From assembly GCF_018350175.1 (NCBI RefSeq), contig NC_058368.1, positions 200,696,001 through 200,760,000 of the forward strand: DNA of 64,000 bases, read 5' to 3'. Origin of the DNA: Felis catus (lineage: Eukaryota). Made by a program: the position numbers and the translations under genes. The notes beneath the pieces were generated by a model. The model worked only from the letters and a program-made list of their open reading frames with translations, did not search any database and had not been told where the DNA came from. Position 1 is the first letter of the stretch. Every line of letters begins with the position of its first letter. Below are positions 12,350 through 25,100 of the stretch, in pieces.

Positions 12350-12551
12350 TTTTTTTTTTAATGTTATTTTTGACAGAGAGACAGAGCATGAGCAGGGGAG
12401 GGGCAGAGAGAGGGAGACACAGAATCAGAAGCAGGCTCCAGGCTCCGAGCTGTCAGTACAGAGCCCAATGTGGGGCTCAAATTCACGGACCATGAGCTCA
12501 TAACCTGAGCTGAAGTCGGACACTCAACCAACTGAGCCACCCAGGTGCCCC
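12350..12551 (-). mobile_element. Can-SINE
   Basis: Complete; perfect 15-bp TSD agtgttgagtatcta (12335-12349 / 12553-12567). Confidence 0.97.
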
Positions 12552-12998
12552 GAGTGTTGAGTATCTAAATTCCATCCTTCATTCATCAGGATATTAATCA
12601 AGGGTTGAAACGTGCCTTGTTGGAGCACAATTTCAGTGCCTGATTTTTCTATTTTTTTTCTATTTTAATAACTTATAGTTTCATTTACATTTACTCAACA
12701 ATTGTTTGTCGCATACCTGTTGTTACAAGGCAGGCTCAGTGTTTAACACTAGGGATGCAAATTTGAAGGATATGTGAAATTGGTGATGCCAAAACAGGTC
12801 ATTATTTGTCAGACAATATAAATGACTCGAATGTACTATAAATGAAAAAAATAAGTTATTTGCAGATGCTTTGGATACTAAGACAATGAAGCAGTTAATG
12901 GTATTCTAGAGAATGATCAGAAGCACAATGTTTGCAAACTTCATGTGATTATTTGGAGAACTATGTATGATCTGCTGTGGTTCAAATGGCTCAGGGGA

Positions 12999-13208
12999 GA
13001 GGCCCCTGGGTGGCTCAGTCAGTTAAGCATCTGACTTTGGCTCAGGTCATGATCTCCTGGTTCATGAGTTCAAGCCCCACATCAGGCTCTGTGCTGTCAG
13101 CACAGAAGCCCACTTTGGATTCTCTGTCCATCCCCCCCACCCCCGCCTCTGCCCCTTCCCTGCTTGTGTTCTCTCTCTGTCTCTCTCAAAATAAATAAAG
13201 TTTTAAAA
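12999..13208 (+). mobile_element. Can-SINE
   Basis: Complete; TSD aaatggctcagggga / aaatggtccagggga. Confidence 0.95.
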
Positions 13209-13255
13209 AAATGGTCCAGGGGAATTGGGGATATAGGACTTACATAAGAATATTT

Positions 13256-13405
13256 ATTATTTTTTTAATATTTCTGGGGAGAGGCAGAGAGAAAGAATCT
13301 CAAGCAGGAGCCCAATGTAGGGCTTGATCTCACAAACAGAGAGATCATAACCTGAGCTGAACTCAAGAGTCAGATGCTGGAGTGACTAAGCCACCCAGGT
13401 GCCCC
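13256..13405 (-). mobile_element. Can-SINE, internally deleted
   Basis: Head plus shortened body; TSD aagaatattt (13246-13255 / 13406-13415). Confidence 0.92.
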
Positions 13406-14469
13406 AAGAATATTTCTTGATTTAAAATAAATGCAACTTTATAACCTTACTTAAGAAGAAACACTTGGGGCATTTAAAGATAGAAAATAAATAAGGATCT
13501 TTGAAACTCACCGAGTAAAATGTCCTGTAAATACAAACCACAAATGGTCCAAATAAGAGGCTGATTGGAATACTAAGGTGGATGAATGGGGCCCTAGTGG
13601 AGATAAGGTAGAGAAATAAACATTTATTGATCACATAGATTTTCTAGACCCTTTGGAGGTATTTTGCACATTACATCACATTTTCTATTCACAACCAGCC
13701 AGTCAAGTGGGCATTAGAATTTCCATTTCACAGACACTCAAAAGGCTCTTACACAAAAGGAGGAAAGACATTCATTTCCCTTAAACCACAAACAAAAGCC
13801 TCTTTTTCAGAAAATAAATTTTGTAACTGTTAAATAATCTGTCATGTTTACTTATGATACACAGTTATAGTTTAGTTTTAGAAGTTTTGCATTTCTTATA
13901 AACCTTGCTGTAACTAGGGTATTGACTTATGTCAATGAAAAGAACTTAGTGCTGTATATTTTCTTGAAAATGAATGTATTTTAATACTCAGTTTTAATAC
14001 TCAATAACAATTATTTTCTTAGGTGTACTGCTTAATCAGAGATCCCTTTTTGCCATGAGAACAACTCACTTCTATTTTTTTCTTCATCCCATTTTTTTCT
14101 GGCTAATACGTCTTGCTATCAGTCAGTAAGGCAGAAAAAATTACCGTTAGATATCTAACATTATTTAATGCAATGATAGAAATGGTTCCCTAATAAATAC
14201 CCACACCCAAATTCTCTTATTTTTTCAGCAATACTGACAGATAAACAAAGCTTCAGCCATGAGAAAGCTTCATGCTGCCTTTAAACTTTAAGATTGGGTG
14301 GTGATAACTCCTCTACAGTCTCTTCATTCCACTTTCTGCCTTTTTCATTCACTGACCCGTTTCAGGCTAAAGCGCTAAAACCATGTATGCCCAACACATT
14401 CCCCACATTCCCCCAAACTTTCACCATGGTTTTCAGCCCACCCTTCTTGTTCAGGCATTTCTTACTTAC

Positions 14470-14576
14470 CTTTGGTTAATGCATCATCAGAGCTGTTCTA
14501 TCACAACTTGCACACACTGATCAACATCTCACAATATGCACAAATGTAAAGCAACACGGCTGGCTGACAGTGGAGC
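14470..14576 (-). other. Candidate 107-nt non-coding exon
   Basis: Acceptor cctcttctatag; donor AAG|gtaagt; stops in all three frames. Confidence 0.35.
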
Positions 14577-16831
14577 CTATAGAAGAGGTATACTGGGTGG
14601 CGGATAAGTTTATCCACTGCTTCCACGTAAACACGGTTTTATAGCAAAGGCACGAACAGCAGCCAAGAGCACAAGTAGCCGCGGCACCCTCTGAGCTTAG
14701 TTGTTATAATCCATACATGGCCAAAGTATCCCAGCGAAGCTGCAAAGATGGAACTATTTCTTAAGTGTTCTCTCTGACTGGGACAGTGAGCTTCCCCAAA
14801 CTGTCAGTGAGCTCTTCAAGTCCGCATTCAGCCTCTCTCTACCTCAGGAAAAAATCAGTAAGGTATTCCACTTTGAGAAGAGGCACTTCTAACCAGTGCC
14901 TAAAGATCTGTTGGCGGCTATTGGTAGGTTTTGCTTGTGCCGCTACCTGTTTTTACATGGCGACACGTAGGTGTTTGTGGTGCCTAATCAATCATGAATG
15001 ATGTCAGTCCATTTGGTGTGCAGGTATCTGAAAGGTGACCCAGCTGCATCCAGACATTAAAATCACACATTACAAATACAAATCAAAAATCCAACATTTC
15101 AGCCATTCCCTCCAATTTATACTTCCACAGCAAATTTAACCCTGATAATTATTACATGAACTCCCTTCAAAATAAGAAACAAACAGCAACTAAAAAAAAA
15201 AAAACAATATGATGGATTACATTCATTACACCCGAATAGTTAAATAATGTATTGCTAATAAATGCAAATTTGAACTCTTAATTCAAAATAATTTAAAACC
15301 AACTCAAGGAAGCTATTGAACACGGGCCTGGAGGAGCACTGTGGTCCCTAGAGCAGATTTTGTAATATTATGGTAAGATATCTTGAATAGGTGGATAAGG
15401 TCTACGGTGAGGGCCTCTGCATTACTCCACTCTGCCAAATGAAAGAACTAACTTCTGGTGAAAAATATATGCACACACTTGGTCATTTGCATAAAAAGGA
15501 AAAAGTAGACAAACTAAAAATTGCTGACCTAGAATATTTAATCATCACTAAAATTTGGTAGAAATAGAAATTATCAATGCCATGAAGTTGAGAATTTCCA
15601 ACTATCAGTATACTGCAGTAGCAAATGTCATTTCTCCTCATTTTTTAGAATCAAACTTGAGCTAGTTTCAGAATGGCTTATGAATGAGTATATCTATAGA
15701 CCCATTATAATAATCAACTATAATAGCCTGATATATTACAAGAGTATAAAAGAGGAAGGTGTGATTTTACTTTGACAAGCAATTCTCAGCATTCATTCAA
15801 CAAATACATATTCAGTTGTTGGTATATTCCAACCTCAATGAGACCAAAATAAACATATACCAATCCCTTATTGGAGGAAGATTTTTTCCCCACAGGAATT
15901 ATAGTTTGGGTAGACATAAAATAAATTTAATGAGTTTATAACTGAGACAGTAAACTGGCCACTCAGAGGTTACAATACAGATTAGATACACTTTGGGAGC
16001 TCACAGGGTGCTAAAATATTTGAAGTGGCATTTGAAAATGGGCAGATGTCATATACTACCTTGTTTCCTGGCTTCTTTATGAAATACTAGAAGATGGCCA
16101 CAAATACGTGAAGCTGAATAGCAGACCATATTCTCTCCAGTTTTCAACAGTCCTCACTCCTTGCTAACACCCCAGTGATACACTCATCTATGTCACAGGC
16201 AGGCCTGGCCCCTGAGATACCTGAGTTTTAGATCCTTGTCTTCGATAGATTCTTTCACAAAAGATGGAATGAATTATGCATATCTCCAGACAGGTGTCAC
16301 CCTTTGGTCACTTATCTCAGATAACTTTTTCTATCTCAGCTCCTATCTCAATTCTTTTGTTTGTTTGTTTCATTTATTACCTTTCATTATTGTTTTATTT
16401 ATTCCATTATTGATTTATTTATTATTTTGCAAAACTATTCATTATTGCTTTTAAATTCTAGTTGGTTAACATATAGTGTAATATTCATTTCAGAAGTAGA
16501 ATTTAGTGATTCATGACTTATATATAACACCCAGTGTTCATCATGGCAAGTGCTCTCCTTAATGCCCATCACCCATTTAGACCATTTCCCACTTCCCATT
16601 ATCCCCCTCCATCAACCCTCAGTTTGTTTTTTATAGTTAATAGTCTCTTATTTTTCTTCCTTCCCCTATGTTCATCTGTTTTGGTTTATAAATTCTACAT
16701 ATGAGTTAAATTATATGGTATTTGTCTTTCTTTGACTGATTTTGCTTAATTAGCATAATACACTCTAGCTCCATTCACATCCCTGAAAGTGGAAAATTTT
16801 CATTCTTTTTGATGGCTGAGTAATATTCCAT

Positions 16832-16833
<2 letters not shown>

Positions 16834-16865
<32 letters not shown>
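16834..16865. repeat. (GT)n microsatellite inside L1 ORF2 3' end
   Basis: Seen directly. Confidence 0.95.
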
Positions 16866-16866
<1 letters not shown>

Positions 16867-17192
16867 ACATGCACACCATATCTTCTTTTCCTTATCCATT
16901 CAGCAGCTGATGAACATTTGGGGTCTTTCCTTAATTTGGCTATTGTTGATAATGCTCCTACAAATACCAAGATGCATATGCCCCTTTGAATCAGTATTTT
17001 CGTATCCATTAGGTAAATACTTAGTAGTGCAGTTGCTGGGTATAATGTAGTTCTATTTTTAACTTTTTGAGGAACCTCCATACCATTCTCCAGAATGGCT
17101 GCACCAGTTTGCATTCCCCCCCACAGTGTAAGAGGGTTCCCCTTTCTCCACCTTCTTGCCAATAGCTGTTGTTTCCTGTGTTGTAAATTTTA

Positions 17193-17415
17193 TTTTATTT
17201 TTTAAAATTTCTTTTTAATGTTTATTTTTGAGAGAGAGTGAGGCAGAATGTGAGCAGGGGAGGGGCAGAGAGAGAGGGAGACACAGAATCCGAAGCAGGC
17301 TCCAGGCTCTGAGCTGTCAGCACAGAGCCTGACGCAGGGCTCAAACTCACAGACTGTGAGATCATGACCTGAGCCAAAGTCAGATGCTTAGCTGACTGAG
17401 CCACCCAGGTGCCGC
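17193..17415 (-). mobile_element. Can-SINE nested in L1
   Basis: Perfect 19-bp TSD tcctgtgttgtaaatttta (17174-17192 / 17417-17435). Confidence 0.97.
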
Positions 17416-17542
17416 ATCCTGTGTTGTAAATTTTAGCCATTCCGACAGGTGTGAGGTGGTATTTCACTGTGGTTTTGATTTATATTCGACTGATGAGTAA
17501 TGTTGAACATCTTTGCATGTTAGCCATTCATATGTCTTCTTT

Positions 17543-17684
17543 TTTGTTCGTTTGTTTGTTTTTAAGTAGGATCCATGCCCAGCATGGAGGCCCAACATGG
17601 GGCTTGAACTCACAACCCTGAGATCAAGACCTGAACAGAGATCAAGAGTTAGACGTTTAACCAACTGAGACATCCAGGCATCTC
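17543..17684 (-). mobile_element. Short Can-SINE (no CT tract) nested in L1
   Basis: tRNA-like head followed directly by 'tcctacttaaaaacaaacaaac' tail; TSD t(a/g)tgtcttcttt. Confidence 0.9.
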
Positions 17685-20600
17685 CTGTGTGTCTTCTTTA
17701 GAAAAAAATGTCTATTTATGTCTTCTGTCCATTTTTTATGTGGATTATTTGTTTCTTGGGTTTTGAGTTTGATAAGTTTTTATAGATTTGTTAAACCTGT
17801 TAGCAGACATGTCATTTGCAAATATCTTCTCCCATTCTGTAGGCTGCCTTTTACTTCTGTTGATTGTTTCCTTTGCTGTGCAGAAGCTTTTGATCTTGAT
17901 GAGATCCCAATAGCTCATTTTTGCTTTTGTTTCCCTTGCCTCCAGCAACATGTCTAGTAAGTTGCTCCAACTGAGGTCAAAGAGGTTGCTGCCTGTGTTC
18001 CCCTCAAGGATTTTGGTGATTTCCTCTCTTACATTTAGGTTTCTCATCCATTTTGAATTTATTTTTGTGTATGGTGTAAGAAAGTGGTCCAGTTTCATTC
18101 TTCTACATGTTGCTGTCCAGTTTTGCCAACACATTTATTGAAGACACGGTCTTTTTTCCATTGGATATTCTTTCCTGGTTTTGTTTGCTTGTTTTAAGAA
18201 TAGTTGACCATATAGTTGTGAGTTCTTTTCTGTATTTTCTATTCTGTTCCATTGATCTGAGTGTCTGCTTTTGTGCCACTACCATACTGTCTTGATGACT
18301 ACAGCTTTGTAATATAGCTTGAAGTCCAGAAGTGTGATGTCTCCAGTTTTGCTTTTCATTTTCAAGATTGCTTTGGCTACTCTAGGTCTTTTATGGTTCT
18401 ATACAAATTTTGGGATTGTTTGTTCTGTCTCTGTGAAAAATGCTGGCATTATTTTGATAGGGATTGCATTACATGTGTATATCATGTTGGGTAGTTTAGA
18501 CATTTTAACAATATTTCTTCTAATCCATGAGCATGGAATATTTTCCATTTCTTTGTATCATCTTCAGTTTCTTTCATAAGTCCCCTATAGTTTTCAGAGT
18601 ACAGATCTTTTACCTCTTTAGTTAGGTTTATTCCTAAGTATATTATGGTTTTTGGTGTAATTGTAAATGGGATCGATTCCATGATTTCTCTTTCTGCTCT
18701 TCATTATTGGTGTATAGAAATGCAATAGATTTTTGTATGTTGATTTTGTGTCCTGCAACATTATTGAATTTGTGTATCAGTTCTAGCAACTGTTTGGTGT
18801 AGTCTTTCGGGTTTTCTACATAGAGTATCACATGGTCTATGAATAGTGAAAGTTTGACTTCTTCCTTGCTGATTTGGATACCTTTTATTTCTTTTTGTTG
18901 CCTGATTGCTGAGGCTAGGACTTCTGATTCTATGTTAAATAGCAATGGTGAGAGTGGACATCCTGTCTTGTTCTTGACCCTAGGGGAAAAGCTCTGTTTT
19001 TTCCCATTGAGGATGATACTAGCTGTGCATCTTTCATATATGGTATTTGTGACATTGAGGTGTGTTCCCTCTATTTCTACTTTGTTGAGGATTTTTATCA
19101 AGAATGGATGCTATACTTTGTCAAATGCTTTTTCTGCATCTATTGAGGAGATCATAAGGTTCTTATCATTTCTTTTATTAATGTGGTGTATCACATTGAT
19201 TGATTTGTGAATATCAAACTATACTTGCAGCCCAGGAATAAATTCCACTTGATCGTAGTGAACCATTATTTTAATGTACTGTTCATTTTTTTTTTTTTTT
19301 AGTATCTTGTTGAGAATTTTTGCATCCATGTTCATCAGGGGTATTGGCCTGTAATTCTCCTTTTTAATGGGGTCTTTGGTTTTGGAATCAAGCTAATGCT
19401 GGCTTCATAGAAAGAGTTTGGAAGTTTTCCTTCCATTTATATCTTTTGGAATAGTTTGAGAAGAATAGGTATTAACTCATCTTTAAATGTTTGGTATAAT
19501 TACCCCTGTGAAGCCATCTGGCCCTGGACTATTGTTGGTTAAAGATTTTTGATTACTAATTCAATTTCTATGCTGGTTATGGGTCTGTTCAAATTTTCTA
19601 TTTCTTCCTGTTTCAATTTTGGTACTATATATATTTCAGGAATGTATCCATTTCTTCTTATCGACATATAATTTTTCATAATAATATTCTCATAATTGTA
19701 CTTCTGTGGTGTTGGTTGTGATCTCTCCTCTTTCATTCATGACTTTATTTTTATGGGTACTTTTTACTTTCTTTTTGAAAAGTCTGGCTGCACTTTATCA
19801 ATTTTATTAATATGTTCAAAGAACCAGCCCCTAGTTTCAGTGATATGTTCTACTGTTTTGTTATTGTTTCTTTATCATTTATTTCCACCCTGCTGTTTAT
19901 TATTTCCCTTCTTATGCTGAATCTAGGCTTCATTTGCTGTTCCTTTTCTGGTTCCTTTTTGGGTAAGGTTAGTTTGTGTATGTTTGAGACTTTTCTTGCT
20001 TCTTGAGGTAGACTTGTATTGCTATATGCTTCCCTCTTTTGATTGCCTATGTTGCATCCCAAAGGTTTTGAACTGTCGTGTTTTCATTTTTATTGACTTT
20101 CATGTATTTTTTTTTTCATTTCTTCTTTAATTTCCTGGTTAACCCATTCATTCTTTAATAGGATATTCCTTAACTTCTGTGTATTTGTGGTCTTCCCAAA
20201 TTTTCTTGTGGTTGACTTCAGGTTTCAAAGCCTCGTGGTCAGAAAATATCCATGTTATGATCTCAAACTTTGTATTTGCTGAAGCCTGATTTGTGTGAGC
20301 CAGTATGTGATCTATTCTGGAGAATGTTCCATGTGTACTCACAAAGAATATACATTCTGCTGCTTTAGGATGAAATTTTCTGAATATTTTTGTTAAGTCC
20401 ATCTTGTCCAGTGTATCATTCAAAGCCATGGTTTCCTTGATTTTCTGCTTAGACAATCTGTCCATTGCTATAAGTGGAGTGTTAATGCCCTCTATCATTG
20501 TATTATTATCAATGAGTTTCTTTATGTTTGTTATTAATTGATTTATATATTTGGGTTCTCTGTAGTTGGGGGCATAAATATTTACAATTGTTACATCTTC

Positions 20601-20750
20601 TTTCTGGATAGATCCTTTTATTATAATATAGTGCTCTTCTTCATCTCTTGTTACAGTCTTTGGTTTAAAATCTATTTTATCTGATATAAGTATGGCTACT
20701 CCCACTGTCTATCCATTAGCATGATAGATGGTTCTCCATGCGCTCACTTT

Positions 20751-21003
20751 TTTTTTTTTTTTTAATTTTTTTTTTCAACGTTTATTTATTTTTTGGGGGG
20801 ACAGAGAGAGGCAGAGCATGAACGGGGGAGGGGCAGAGAGAGAGGGAGACACAGAATCGGAAACAGGCTCCAGGCTCTGAGCCATCAGCCCAGAGCCCGA
20901 CGCAGGGCTCGAACTCACGGACTGCGAGATCGTGACCTGGCTGTCGGAGATCATGACCTGGCTGAAGTCGGACGCTTAACCGACTGCGCCACCCAGGCGC
21001 CCC
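20751..21003 (-). mobile_element. Young felid Can-SINE nested in the L1 endonuclease region, with internal duplication
   Basis: TSD ccatgcgctcacttt / ccatgccctcacttt; duplicated gagatc(g/a)tgacctggctg. Confidence 0.97.
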
Positions 21004-21254
21004 AACCATGCCCTCACTTTCAATCTGCAGATGTCTTTAGGTCTAAAATGAGTCTCTGATAGGTATCATGTAGGTAGTTTTTTGTTTTTTGTTTTTTTTT
21101 ATCCATTCTGAAACTTTATGTCTTTTGACTGGAACATGTAGTCCATCTATATTTAGAGTGATTATTGATAGATATGAATTTTGTGCCCTTGCTTTACCTG
21201 TAAAGTCGTTGTTTCTGGAAATTTTCTCTGTTCCTTTCTAATCTTTGTTGCCTT

Positions 21255-22112
21255 AGTCTTTCTATCCCAAAGAGTCCCCTTTAATATTTCTTGTAGGACT
21301 GGTTTTGTGGTCACAAACTCCTTTAGTTTTTGTTTTTCTGGGAAATTCTATTTCTCCTTCTATTCTGAATGACAGACTTTCTGGAGAAAGTATTCTTGGC
21401 TGCATATTTTTCCCATTCAGCACATTGAATACATCATGCAGCCTTCTGGCCTGCTAAGTTTCTGTGGGTAGGTCTGCTGATAATCTTATTTATCTTCCCT
21501 TATAATTTAGGAATTTCTTTTCCCTTGCTGCTTTTGGGATTTTTTTCCTTATCTCTGTATTTTGTAAATTTTACTATGATATGTCTTGGTGTTGACCTGT
21601 TTTTGATGTGAAATCCCTGTGCCTCCTGAATTTGGATGTCTGTTTCCTTTCCCAGTTTAAGAAAGTTTTCAGCTATAATTGGCTTGAATAAATCTTCTCT
21701 TTTTTCCCTCTCTTCTTCTGGGGCTCCTATGATAGGGAACTATGTCATTGAGTTCCCTAAGTCTACCTTCATGATCTAATATTTTTCTTTCCCTCTTCCT
21801 TCCATCTTCATTATCTTTCATTACTTTATAATCTATATCACTTATTCATTCCTCTCATTCTTCCATCCTTGTCATTATTATCAGTGAGTTTTGCATCTTG
21901 GTTGTAGCATTTTTTTATTTTGGCCTGACTAGATTTTAGGTCTTTTATCTCTGCTGTAAGGGATTCCTTGCTTTTCTCAAGCCCAGCTAGTATCCTTGTA
22001 AAACTAATTTTAAATTTTGGATCAGGCATATTACTTAAATCCCTTTTGTTAATATCCCTGACTATGACCTTTTCTGGTTCTTTCTTTGGGGATGAATTCC
22101 TCCTTGTCGCAT
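21255..22112 (-). pseudogene. L1 ORF1, disrupted
   Basis: Begins ATG...AGGAATTCATCCCCAAAGAAAGAA, includes FKISFTRILAGLEKS, and ends near LQEILKGTL; multiple frameshifts. Confidence 0.85.
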
Positions 22113-25100
22113 TTTGTCTAGGTCTCCATCTTCTGTGTGTTAGGAAAGCCTCTTATGTCTCTTGCTCCTGAAGGTAATGGACTTATTAAGAAGAGGTCAT
22201 AGGGCCTAGTGCTTCAGGAAGTGTTTCTGGTATATACTGTGTGCACTCTGCTGTTGTGTTTGGATGCTCTTTCCCTTAGGTTGGTCTTCTTCAGAATTTC
22301 TTCTCACCTACAGAGGGGAGTGTTTGGACCTTCTCCAGTGTGTACAAAGTTTTAGCTAGATGTGCTTTGATCTATTTGTTAAAAGAGGCCAGATCCTATT
22401 TCCATTAGAACTTAAGCTTTGTAGCACTCTATGGTCAATAGACTTGGTGCATGCAGGGTGGTTTGTGCTGGTCTTCTGGGGTGAGGGGCCTGCTGCTGCT
22501 CTGGCTTTCAGGCACACTTGCCCTAGTTAAAAAGCACAAGCAGAGAGCAGGGGAGTGGGGCTTGATGTAAGTGGCTCAAGCCTCCACTGTGTGTTGTGCA
22601 GCTCACTGAAGTCTGGCGGTGCTGATGGGTGGGGATAAAAATGGAGTCAGCCCACACTTTCTTTCCTGAAAAGGAGAGTTTGTGCCCACCACTGTCCAGA
22701 TAGCCCTCACAGAAAAGCAAACAATCTTCCATTTGTCCAAGACATTCCTCAGATCCCTGCTTTCACCCTACCTGTGTCTGGGTGGTCTCCCCTCCAATGG
22801 CACAGTGCTTCTGTGTTTTATCTCCAACATACCATCTGAGCTTCAAAACTCCAAATTTAAGGGACCCAGTGTGGTGTAGACCCACACTGATCCTCTGGGA
22901 GAGGGTCTCCCTGCACTGTGGTTGGTGCCAGTTTGTCCAGAAGAACATTCTCATGAACATTCAGGGGCTTGGAGTTTATGGTAAAGCATAGAAAAAAGCC
23001 CGTGTCCAGGTTAGCTGCCCACAGTAAATGTCTCTCCCCTTATGCTAATGAATGGGGCAGTGCAATGGTGCCTACTGGCTCTTTTGCCCCCTGAAAGGCA
23101 GTGCCACCTCTCCCAAATGCACTCCAAGAAGGGGAACTATCTGTCCTAATGCGACCCAGGGGATCCTTAGACCATGCTTTCAGCTCCCAGGCCTCTGCTC
23201 TACTTCCCCCTAGGAGCACCGCTATGCCTGCCAGGCCCCACACTGGCCCTGGCTCGGACTTCTAAAACTTTTCAGTCTGTGAGTTCCACTGCTTGTAAAA
23301 AAAAAAAAAATGATAATCAGCTCCTCTTGTTTTCCTGTCACTGGTTTTGTGGAAGTGTTTTTCTTGTGCAATTCCCTGTGCTGTCTCGCTCTCTTTCTCT
23401 CTCGTCTCTTCGTGATCGGGGCTCCCTCCCTTCCACAGCACCTGTGATTCTTTTCCCTCCAAAAGCACATCTCTGTATCTCCTACCTTCCACAGCGTGGC
23501 CTCTTTTCTCCCTCTAGTTGTGCAGCTTGTTCTCTCAGTCCTCAGATTTTTTGGGTGCTCAGAATTATATGATATTTATCTAGCTGTGTTCAAGGGACAA
23601 GGCATTCATAGAGTCCCTCTAGTACTCTGCCATCTTAACTCCTCTGTATCCAAATTCTTGTTCAAATATCCCCAGATCTTAAGAAATGTATCTGTTAATA
23701 ATATAATTAATACAAATCTAATTACATCTTATTTTATAATTAAAATGAATTGAAGGTATTATCTACAAATTAATTAAATATATGCTAGAAACAAATTTTA
23801 AATTTAAGTAATTAAGATGTTCCATGAATCAAAATGGCATCCTTAATTAATCAATTGTTGTGAATAATATTTTCTCCATAATTCTATTAGTATAAATGTA
23901 TAGAATTAGTTAGACATTGTCTCTGGATCTGGTTACATTGTTTGGTATAGTATCTAAAAATTAATCACTGCTGTCTTTCCCTTATTTTGAGAAGTGATAA
24001 TCCCAGGAGCATAGACTGCTGTTTGTATCCTACAATGTCAGGGACAGTGGGGAGGTGCTATTTCTCCTGGAATGCTCATCCACAGCATCATTTTATACCT
24101 AAATCTCTACAAATAAAACTTTATTTCTAGGATTTACGAGTGCTGCCTTTTGTCATGCCAAAAGTTAAATACATAATAAGTTGTTAGATTCTTGATCAAC
24201 TCTAGACAAATTCAGGAAGAAAAACTCAGATAGTGGACTATGTTTTAGACACAAATTTTGTAGAGGAAACTTTTAGAAACACAGCAGTCTATATGCAAAC
24301 AAATATGGTCAGATGAGTAGGTAGAGTCATATATAAGTGAGGTAACTAGATACAGGTTTATATACTCAATAACAAAGAAGAAAAAGGCAAATGTAACTAC
24401 CTATACCACCCAAATTAGAATGTTAGAGCAAGCAAGGAGAATGGTGTGCACCTGTGACAACAAAGAAAGGGGAACGGTGAGAATACCAACTGAAGATACA
24501 GTTAAAGGCATGGAGTCCAGACAGACCATCCTGGAATGAATGGCAAAGAACAAGTCAAATGGGATATCTGAAATGCCCTATTGACCTCAGGTGTTCAGGT
24601 CACAGATGACACAAGATAGAGATTTACAAAAGGTGAGGGTGGGTCTAAGGAAGCTGTGTAAGCAAAAGGAATTACCAGATTAGGACACTGTCTGGTGCAT
24701 ACTTTATTCAATCTAACTAAACAGGAAAGCCAGTGCCACATCCACTGGAGTCCCTGTTCTGGATTTTCAAACCAACTCAATAGGTACACTTTTTCTGGAG
24801 CTCAATCAACCACTTCCATCTGAGGTTTATGGTTGGTCTTCCAGATATTAGAGCAAGGATAGCACTAATGAACTAACAGCAAGGATGAACTAATAAATTC
24901 ATCTGATTAGAAGGTAGTGATAGCAATGGATACATTGAGTACTAGGTTGATAGGACTGTTGTGATCAATCACTGATGTCTATCATGAGTTTTGGACTGTA
25001 CCCTGAGACACAAGTGTCTGGTGTTCCAACACGGAAGGGTGTTTGGAAACTGACTCCAATTTACAAAAAGGGAAATTGTAGTCTTTTATTTTTTGGAAAT

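Larger units (their letters stand above)
16700..21190 (-). pseudogene. L1 ORF2 (endonuclease / reverse transcriptase), frameshifted and SINE-interrupted
   Basis: ORF fragments GVAILISDKIDF...NIYAPN...HGTFSRIDHIL (EN, 20148-20705), [11 protein letters not shown]...[15 protein letters not shown] (RT, 18643-19101; FADD motif decayed to FIDH) and KLDHFLTPYTKINSKW (17745-18134). Boundaries approximate. Confidence 0.93.
16357..23645 (-). mobile_element. Full-length, inactive carnivore LINE-1
   Basis: 5' end with YY1-type AAGATGGC (23629-23636), ~1.5 kb 5'UTR, ORF1, ORF2 (EN, RT, C-terminal region), 3'UTR and decayed A-rich tail. Degenerate TSD tatctcaattctt (16344-16356) / tatccaaattctt (23647-23659). 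Confidence 0.95.

Noticed and set aside
16800..20705. Reverse transcriptase and endonuclease ORFs as a functional or novel RT system
   Set aside because: They are frameshifted pieces of an ordinary LINE-1 ORF2 with a mutated catalytic motif and SINE interruptions.
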